This document shows positions 53,881-64,000 of a DNA stretch of 64,000 bases, one piece after another. Origin of the DNA: the human T2T-CHM13v2.0 reference genome, Homo sapiens. The notes beneath the pieces were generated by a model. The model had not been told where the DNA came from, made no database searches, and worked only from the letters and a program-made list of their open reading frames with translations. The stretch is taken from assembly GCF_009914755.1 (NCBI RefSeq), contig NC_060926.1; one strand, given 5' to 3'. Numbering within the stretch: the first letter of the stretch is position 1; each line of letters opens with the position of its first letter. A program made the translations under genes and the position numbers.

Positions 53881-56327
53881 GAATCAATTTTTGTCTTTTT
53901 GTTTGTATTTCACACATTTCTCCCCTGCTTCTCCATTTCCTTTCTCCCATATAACTGCTTGCATTTTTAAAGTATGCATCTTCTCCTTCCCCCAACTTCT
54001 CCTTTTTTTTTTCTGGACAAATCAAAAAATGGCATGAGGTTTTTCTTTGAATCTTATAAAATAATTCCAAGGAGTTTTCTAAATCATAAACAACATATTG
54101 ATTATAAATACTACAATGCCGTGAAAAAGATTTGAATGATAACAAAAGGGTTATTTATGCATAGGTCCCAAGTCATAAGCAATTAAATCAAGAGGAAAAT
54201 GATTTGAGAGTCCAAACCATTGGACTCTCATGGATCAGCCTCTCAACTTAAAAAGCAGGACAGATCTGTGATGGGAAGAAAAATGATGGTTGTATTCAAG
54301 GGCATTACAAAAGTCATGACTTAGTAACTAGTTATGGTCCTAGTGATACCTTTATTTCTAAGAACAAAACTCAGCAGTTTTCTGAAATTAGAAACACACA
54401 GGTGTGAATGAACTGGCTCAAGGACTGAGAAAAAAAATCCATTCATAAATACTCCCAAGTAATCAAGCAGTCACAGCTCACAGTCCCCTTTACTCCTGCA
54501 GCCTCAGGAAAGGTCGGGATGAGAAGGATGCCTTGTCTGTTATGCTGTATTCATGCCAGAGAACAGGAACTCAAGCCAGCCACTAAATTCAGGACTGAAG
54601 CAAAGGATTAATGCATTTTTCAGACTATTAGGTAAAACCCAACCTAAATAACTCACTACATGAGATACTGTCCTGCTGTTTGCAGCTGATCTTTGGTTAA
54701 GAATGAGAAATAGTAACACACTGTGCTTTCTCATGGCAGATTTACCTGACTATTATCTTAGTCTAGGAAAGATGCTCTTTCTGATCTTGACTTACTCAGA
54801 TTTGTCCTTGTGCCGTTGAATGAAAGCAACATGTTTCCAAGTTAGGACAGTTTCCTTAGTAGCAAAATTGCTTAATTGGCAACTCATTACCAAGGTAGAA
54901 AACTATGTTGTAAATGGACACACACGCACAAGCACACACACAGAATCTTAAAGTTTAGTTTTCTATTTTGCTTTGTTCCTCCCTTCTGTTTAGGTTTCTC
55001 ACTGTGATTCATGCTCTCCCATGCCTCAAAGTCTGCTAGTGAAATATGTAGACCACTATCCACCTCCCCGCTTCTGATATTATAAGAAAATTCTGACTCT
55101 GATATACATACACTTCCTAAATCACAAGAGACATTTTATGATTGATGCCCAGAACAAATAGCACATGAAATTCTATGAAGCCGAGGGCTGTGGGATTAAG
55201 AAAACAAGTCAGTTCTGGTCTTCAAAGAAGGAGCTGTTTTCATGTAGTTTGAGAATAAAACCATATTACCCTAACAGAGTCCAGTAATTGTGAATTCTTG
55301 GTATGCTGCTATCAGAAAACATCTGACAGTGACACTGACTATTTATGCAAGAACTACCTGAATGCAGTTTAGTATTTAATCCAAGCCCCACCATTCCTAG
55401 CACAATTCTACTGGAACTTTACGCAGAGGATGGCAGATGATGAAATTTCTAAAGGAATCAACTGCTGGACAGTTACTAAATTAATTTTTAGGAAGCTGAA
55501 TCACTCTGAACTTATTAGGTTAACTGACCATCAGCAGTGACTCCAGGAAATGAATTACACATATTGGGCTGCTACCCAGGCTGCAGCTTCTGATAAATTA
55601 TTAATGTCACAGAATTGAGATGATTAAATTATAAATAGCATTGTTTTACATACACGTAATTTGAAATATTTGTCCCTTTTCTTAATATTTTCCTCTGAAG
55701 TTACCATGTTCGTTGTTTATAGTAGTAAGGGTGGTACAGCATTAACCAAATTATTAAAACATTAAATAAGTAATTGTGTCTTATTGAGATGTATGACAAA
55801 TGAATGCAACCAAGCAGTGGAGTTTCTGCCTCTTCCATTTAATTAGAGTTGCCTTTTAGGAATTTAACATTTCATTATATATAAATGAGTACATTTACAC
55901 ATTGTCACTGCCATCTAGGATTTAGTTTTCAAAAACATATTGTTACTGTCCATGGCCTTTTACAATAATGGTGCAATACTGACTACATTGAAGAAAACTG
56001 ATGTTTTACTAGAAAAAGGATGTAGTTTATGTAGTAGTTATATTAATCATTCTATTTTCTTAGTATAAAAAGCACTTTGCATATTTCAAAACTGCAGATT
56101 AAAATGTGGTCTGAAATACGCATATCGTCATTTGAAAGGAAATACAATCTCAAGTTTTAAGTTACATTTTTATTCCAATTGCCTTCAATAAATGTGGCCT
56201 CATTATTTGTTTTACTTGTAAAGGTAAATATGGATGTTTTAAAATGAATTTTTTTGTTCTGTTATCTTTGGATAAAGAGGCTTACACTGATTTCAACCAA
56301 ACAATTCCTCATTGTGAAATAATAATT

Positions 56328-56900
56328 CTGTCATCAACATGCAGACAGCTTAGTGGTTACACAGCAGCTAGCTATCCTATCCCACCTGCAGGTATCCTTG
56401 TCAATGCAACTTTGATTTGTCAGGCAGCTGGTTGAGATCCCTTGAAGTCAAGATGAGCCAGGTCTGGGAGGATTCCTGATGATATCACTTTGTTACCCAA
56501 ATTTCCTTCCCCGTGGCCAGTGACTGGGTAACAAGTGAGCATGGGACAGTGCGGATGATTTGAACTCAAGACGAGATCCACTAGAAGCATGAAGGAACAA
56601 ATGGTGGTGTGCCAGGAGACAGGTGGGAGGAAGGTTCCCTTCCTGATAAAAAGACAAAATGTCTCCACACAAAACCACTTTGTCTTCCTGTCTGTCTCCT
56701 TCTTTTGTTGTTGAGCATGTATGCACTGCTGGGCATGCAGCTTGCCCTGTTCTGTGGGCTCCCAGTGGCATCAGGAGGCTGACAAACTTGTGCCAGCACC
56801 TACATTCCACTGGGCTCATCAAGGCGAGAACTAAGCTCCTGGCTGTTTAGCCTGCTCTTCTTTTCTTGTTACTTGCACCCAATGTAGCCTAACTACTACA
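56328..56900 (+). mobile_element. MaLR LTR (MLT1J/K-like)
   Basis: 3' end TCTTGTTACTTGCACCCAATGTAGCCTAACTACTACA and internal CCAGTGACTGG. Confidence 0.6.
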
Positions 56901-57050
56901 ATCAGTAGGAGATAATACGATACAGAAATGGAGCTAGATGGCATCTGCAATTAACTCCTGCAATGTTGCTGTAGTTTTTAAAAAATTGACTGCTTTGAAG
57001 GATAATATTTTTCTAGATATTCTCTTCTATTCTAAAAAATGTGTCATTCT

Positions 57051-57345
57051 GGGTGGACACAGTTCCTCATGCTTGTAATCCCAGCACTTTGGGATGCCAA
57101 AGGGGGAAGATTACTTAAAGCCAGGAGTTTGAGACCAGCCTGGGCAATATAGTGAGGCCTTCTCTCTACTAAAAAGTTAAAAAGAAAATTAGCTGGGTGT
57201 GGCGGTGCATGCCTCTAGTCCTATCTACTTAGGAGGCTGAGCAGAGAGATTTACTTGAGCCCAGGAGTTTAAGGTTGCAGTGAGCCATGATCGCGCCACT
57301 CTGTTCCAGCCTGGGTGACAGAGTGAGACCCTTTCAAAAAAGGAA
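57051..57345 (+). mobile_element. AluJ
   Basis: CCAGCCTGGGCAATATAGTGAG and TTGAGCCCAGGAGTTT, with TSD GTGTCATTCT. Confidence 0.92.
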
Positions 57346-57929
57346 AAGTGTCATTCTGAAATTTGAGTTGCTACCTCCTGTGTTAATTCCAATTTAACTT
57401 ATTAGGGGAAAATGCTTTATTGCTTTATTTGTCAAAGAAAGCAGAACCACAATGACACAATGATTAAAATGCCTTTGAGGAACAGAACCACTTGTGCCAG
57501 ACTTTTGCCACCTAGATGTCTTTTTCTTTGAACCCAGATGTTTGGATATTCCCCCAAATCTTCATAACTACTGGGGTAATCCTGTCCCTTAAGCATTAAA
57601 TAATAATTCTAGAATATTTATCCCACAAATAGTAGAAATAATATTCCTCTTGGACTGAGGGTGGTGATGTTACATTTAGCGCAGTTACCTCTGGTCTGAT
57701 CTCTGCCTTCTGCCTTTTGTTCCTATTTCCTTCTCTTCTGCCATTATTTTTCCCAGACATAAAACACCCTCTTTTCTGTTATTACATTTATTCTTTCAAC
57801 ATATACTTTTCAACTTCCAACCGTGTTGAGAAAGATTAATGCTGTGGAGATCAAATGGAACATTGTATGCAAAGTCTCTGGCACGAAGTGTGCCCATGAA
57901 TACCTTGCTTTCCCTTTCATGACACAATC

Positions 57930-58140
57930 CTGATTAGGGGCAGAAACCTTGATGTGATAGATCCGAATTTTAATCCCTGTTCCACTGTTTACTACCTGTT
58001 AGACCCTCAACTGATTTGTTTTGTCTTTATGAACCTTAATAAAATGGGATCTATCATAATACCTAACACAATAGTTGAAAGGACCAAGTGAGATACTGCA
58101 GTAAGATATTTGGCAGATCCATTCTTAATTATTATTGTGG
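57930..58140 (+). mobile_element. MIR
   Basis: AATCCCTGTTCCACTGTTTACTACCTG...TAAAATGGGAT...ATAATACCTA...CCAAGTGAGATA. Confidence 0.6.
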
Positions 58141-61100
58141 TTTGGATGTTTGTTTTGTTTTGTTTTTCTCCAGTCTCCCTTTGTCATGTGGGTGCTTGGT
58201 ACCACTCTATACTTTCTTCTCATCCATCCGCTTAGGGATGTCAAAATAGCAGCTAAAATGCAAACTTAACGCAGAATCTATGTAATCCACAGGATGTATA
58301 TGATTTGTTTTATTAAAGCAAAACTGTTCTAGGTATCAACGATTTCATTTTATTTTGTTTTGTTTTGTTTTGACATGTGGACTAAACACTGCTTTTGATG
58401 TTCTTAGTGCTTTTAGGGGCTAGCCTGATAAGGGTTTTGTGTTTGATCTAGGAGCTATCATTTTTTCTGAATCTCATACATGTTTGCACAGAGAGAAATG
58501 TTTATACTCTTTATTAGTCCTCTCTTAAGATGCCAGAATTCAATAGGATACAGCAACATGTATTTCTTTTTAAAAAAACTGGAAGGTTTGATGGACTTCA
58601 ATAAACCTGTTTCTGTTCCTTCGCTAAAAAGAGAAAGTTCTAAATATAATGATTTTTTTCTGGGAGCATTTTATTCATCCTGCCATGCTCAAGTCATGAC
58701 AACTGCCCCACAGGTTTTGATGATACAATATGTATCTGCTCAAAATTGGGGTAAGACCAACTTGCCCACTTGAAGATCAATTGGTTTCTACCTGTGGAGC
58801 AATGCACAGATTCCTGTGGCAGCCATCCCATAGAGTGTTTCAATACAAATGCTTTATTCTTTTTTTAAAGAAAACAAAAAGCCATTCTTTACATAGAGAA
58901 GGTGACATTTTTGAAAATCATTGACATTTTTCTATATCCTAGGCTATTTCAAGCAGTGACATTAAATTAATTCAAAAGAATTAGAAAAATTTCCCACAAA
59001 GTGTGCAGCCAAATACAAAGTCTAAATGTATAAATATGATCAACTGCTGAAGAATTCACATATTCAATATTACCCTTAATTATGTGACACTGAGTTTCCT
59101 CTTATCAAGTTGATAAGACTAAGTGATGAAGCTTAGATTTGAATTTATACATCATATTTTAGTTCCCCTACATCTGTTTATATGAACAAAAGTATCAGTA
59201 AATATGTTTAGAACAGCTATATTTCTGAAAAGTTGTCTCCAAAATAGAATTTTATGTATGAAACATTATGCAAAAATGTAATTTTGAATTTGAAGAGTTC
59301 CATTTGTCGATTATAAAAAACACAGGAGATTTTTTTTCCTGGTAATCTCAAAGGAATCTTAGATACTGTTAAGTCCAGAGGTCTTAAAGAAGGTTTTGGG
59401 GAGAGGATATGGTAATTAATTCTTATCTATTTATGTTTACTTAGACTAATAAAAAAACTTGAACTTTACTAATATTTAATATATAAACTCTCTCCCATGC
59501 TGTCACCCAGTCTGAAGGTCAGAGGTCCAGGGCTGTATCCCCCAACTTTGCACACTCATCAGACCAATCAGGATGGACACCACCCACAGAGATGCAGATG
59601 CTAATATCCTGGGCAGATGTGAGGGTTTAGAGGAAGGGCCAGAGTGGTGGGTATTTTGAGGAGCTTGGGAAAGTGACTATTTACATCTAGTATGAAAATG
59701 ATTCAATTCTTTAACAACCAGTATAGCAACACTATTGCTTTCCATTTGCGTATCAGTGCTGTATGAATCCCTCGTGGTACCCATGGTAAACTGAGGGAGA
59801 AAAAGGGAGTTCTTCCACGTGAAGCCAGGGACAGGGCGATTTTAATCACAAGATTGCCTAATATATCATTACACAGTAGAGTTTATGTATACCTAGTTAA
59901 GCAGATTTAGGAACTAGATTATGTAGTTTCAGCTAGACTAACCAGCACAAAATGGACAAGTGATTTAAATTACTCCTGTAAAGAAGCCACTGATTTCAGA
60001 TGCCACTGGTAAGATAAGCCCATTTGAAACAATTGAGGGAAGAGCTCATATAGCATAAGTCATGACATTTTAAAACATGAAATGAAGAGGCTTGCAAAAA
60101 AAGGAGATAAATAAGTCTTTAAAAATTGTATTTAACATATGGATCTGCATCCAATTCAGTAATGCTGAATTGTACTCTAAGTGTGTATTGTCTTTTAGAT
60201 AAAATAGGATTACATAATCATGGTTAGGAAGATATTTAAAAATATTGTACAATTTTTTCATCATCTCAAGCTTTTAAAAATCTAAGTTTAGAAAATCAGG
60301 TTCATAGAAATGATTAATGTATTTTAAATTCAGGACTCTATCGACCTTGGTTCATGCAAGGCCCCCTCTCGTTTTAATTATACTTCATTGTATGACATGA
60401 AACAGGCATGATTCATGAGTATACATGAATTCATCACCCAAGGCAAGAACTAAAATGTTACCAACAATTTACATGTACATATATCTTGGGATTATTTTAT
60501 TTTCTGTTTCACATATAGTTTATAATGTATATAATGTAGCTATGTGGTAGTACTTTCCCATAAGTTAGAATAAATAAGTTTGCATTTAAGAGGATGAACT
60601 TTTTATTAATCTGATGAGGTGCCTATCAAAAAAATAAAAATTTTAGAGGCTACTGGCTTAGTCTACTATTCATTTTCCAGATGGGCATTTGGGTCCCACA
60701 GACATTTGGCTGTCTGCCTCTTTTCCCACATCTAGTTAGTGTGTAAGAAACAAACTCCAAGATAAGCAACACTCTGATTCAAATTGCCATGTGAATAAAG
60801 CATATATTGAAGACTGGATCTGTCTAGATGATGATGGGAAAGGAGATTGGAAGCCAGGGAGCATGTTCTCGTGGCATCCCGATAAGCACTTATCAACCTG
60901 AAGTTAGTCAGCCGTGAACCATAGCCTCTTCTGCAGACCTCATACCCTCATACCTAATCCCTTGGCTGAATGTCTATATCTGTATATATTTTTTGCAAAA
61001 TGATTACTGCAATTTTAAGTGGACATAGAAATGGTCCAGATACTATAACTTAATCCAGGTGCATTCAGACATCTCAGGAATAGCATTTTAAATATAAACA

Positions 61101-61164
61101 ATTGTATATTTATGTGAGCACTTCTAGGTGTACAAGTCAAAGTCTTATCCATAGAAAATGCCAC

Positions 61165-61254
61165 AGAATTTAATTTACCAAATTTCATATTCTGAATTTC
61201 TCTGCTCAGTACCTGGGAGTTACTCATATTCTGAAATTTGGTAAATTAAATTCT
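61165..61254. repeat. Perfect inverted repeat (23-bp arms) with a templated spacer
   Basis: 61165-61187 is the exact reverse complement of 61232-61254. 61199-61226 is identical to 61676-61703. Confidence 0.95.
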
Positions 61255-61599
61255 TCTCTCTTAAAAGATAAGAGCTTATTCCAAAAGAAAAAAATAAAAG
61301 AACACATAGAAAATCAAAGCCTTCTTAAAGGCATTGTATTTTTTCTAAAACACATAGGTTTAAATCACAATATTTTAGAAACATATAAATTGAGCAAAGT
61401 TTTGGAGATCTTCATTCAATTTGGAGCTATAGGTACTACAAACTCAATAATCCATTATAAAACAAATAGAAAACACTAAAAACCTCTCTAATGATCACTC
61501 AGTTTATAATTCTTCAACTATTTAGAAATTATTTTTTGAATTCTTCTACAACAATACACAAAAGGAAGAGGAGTCTCTCTTAATTATATTTCCTCTCCC

Positions 61600-61800
61600 C
61601 TTTTTCATGGCACTTTGCCCACAGTACTTTTACCACACTTATCACATTACACAACATTTTTCATCTGGGTGTTTCTCTCTGCTCAGTACCTGGGAGTTAC
61701 TCAGAAGGAATTGTGTTTTGTTTATCTTGGTGATCCCAGAGCCTAGCAAAAAGTTTAACATATAGTACACCATCCATAAGGATTTTTGAAATACAGAATT
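61600..61800 (+). mobile_element. L2 3' fragment
   Basis: CACTTATCACA...TGTGTTTTGTTTATCTTGGTGATCCCAGAGCCTAGCA...ACATATAGTA. Confidence 0.65.
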
Positions 61801-62274
61801 TCCAGCTGTCTCCTTCAATTTAACGATGGTCAAGCTTCAATGCCCCTGCTTTTGATGAATGCCAGAGGTGCAATAATAGAGCTGATAGCTAGTAGGGTGT
61901 ACATGGGGATCAAAGCAGATAGTATTGTCCAGGCTTCCAGAGGTGAATAATCCAGTGTGACTCATTGGTTCTGCCAAAGGTTGACTTGAGAAGAGAGACT
62001 GTCCCCTAGAGTCCAGCCACATCTTCAGCTGATCTGCTGTCTTGTGATATTGTCCATTACATCAGAACACAAAGACTATGTAAAGCCTGCACGCAAAATC
62101 TAGAAACATAAAAGCACTATGTCCCTATAGTAATTCATGCTGCAAGTGTGTTTGGAGTAACAATTCAATAACAATGTAAGATTAATCAACTCCCAAAAGT
62201 ACCCTCTTATATTGTTCTCATATTTTACTGAAAGCTATTATTAGATATGTCTTATTCTCTCTTCTTTCCACAGC

Positions 62275-63130
<856 letters not shown>

Positions 63131-63710
63131 AAACCAGAAAATGCTTAATAGAATGAGATGAGAGAAAAATTGGTCATATAAGAATAATTCTGCATCTTGG
63201 AAAAAAATGCTCACAGGTCTTCCTCATTACACAGCTCAGAGGCCCACATTTAAGCACTGATGTGTGAAACTCTCTCAGATTATATTCATTTTATATTATT
63301 GAACAGAGAAATTAGACCACCTTTTTGTATAGACCCCTTTGCTTTTGCTACCAGGCAGCTCAGAACAACGTTTAACATAGATTATCTCTGCTTTTCTTAT
63401 GTGTCTATGTAATGCTTGCCTGTTTGCTTCTTGTGTTATTTAAATTAGAAAGTTTGTAGCATTTATCTTTTTTGTATACTTATAGTTTAACTTAGTGTTT
63501 TTATAAATTCCATATTTTGTTTTTATAACTATCAATTAATTGAACAAAATGAGTAATATTCAAAACTCTTATAAACATTGTGGAAAAGTTAGTGAGGAGG
63601 TAAACTTAAAAATGGTAAATTATATTAATTTAATATATTCTTAAATTACTAGTTTTCAGTAGGTAGGGGTCCAAAGAGTGCCCCAATTAGGCATTTAATA
63701 AATACATTTC

Positions 63711-64000
<290 letters not shown>

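Noticed and set aside
60611-60640. CTGATGAG hammerhead-like core
   Set aside because: No properly placed GAAA or flanking stems. Other CTGATGA hits I checked also fail.

Overview
Primate (most likely human) AT-rich non-coding DNA, either intergenic or from a large intron. I cannot name the locus. There is no supportable protein-coding gene, RNA gene or CRISPR-like array. The ORF track is explained by Alu, L1 and LTR translations and by chance ORFs. Recognisable content is about 12 Alus (J, S, Y and one Yb-like mosaic), L1 pieces including a nested block at ~37.0-44.8 kb, L2/MIR relics, MaLR/ERVL solo LTRs, DNA-transposon MITEs and microsatellites. These are separated by repeat-poor unique stretches with locally retained CpGs (candidate enhancers or lncRNA exons). 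The most unusual signal is a set of short locally templated duplications and fold-backs: a 25-bp-arm palindrome at 2.0 kb, a 33-bp copy of a pre-Alu empty site (29.0/31.0 kb), a 130-bp inverted copy inside an Alu tail (42.4/45.1 kb), and a 23-bp-arm palindrome holding a 28-bp copy of nearby L2 DNA (61.2/61.7 kb). All repeat calls are by eye from remembered consensus sequences, so subfamilies and old-repeat boundaries are approximate.
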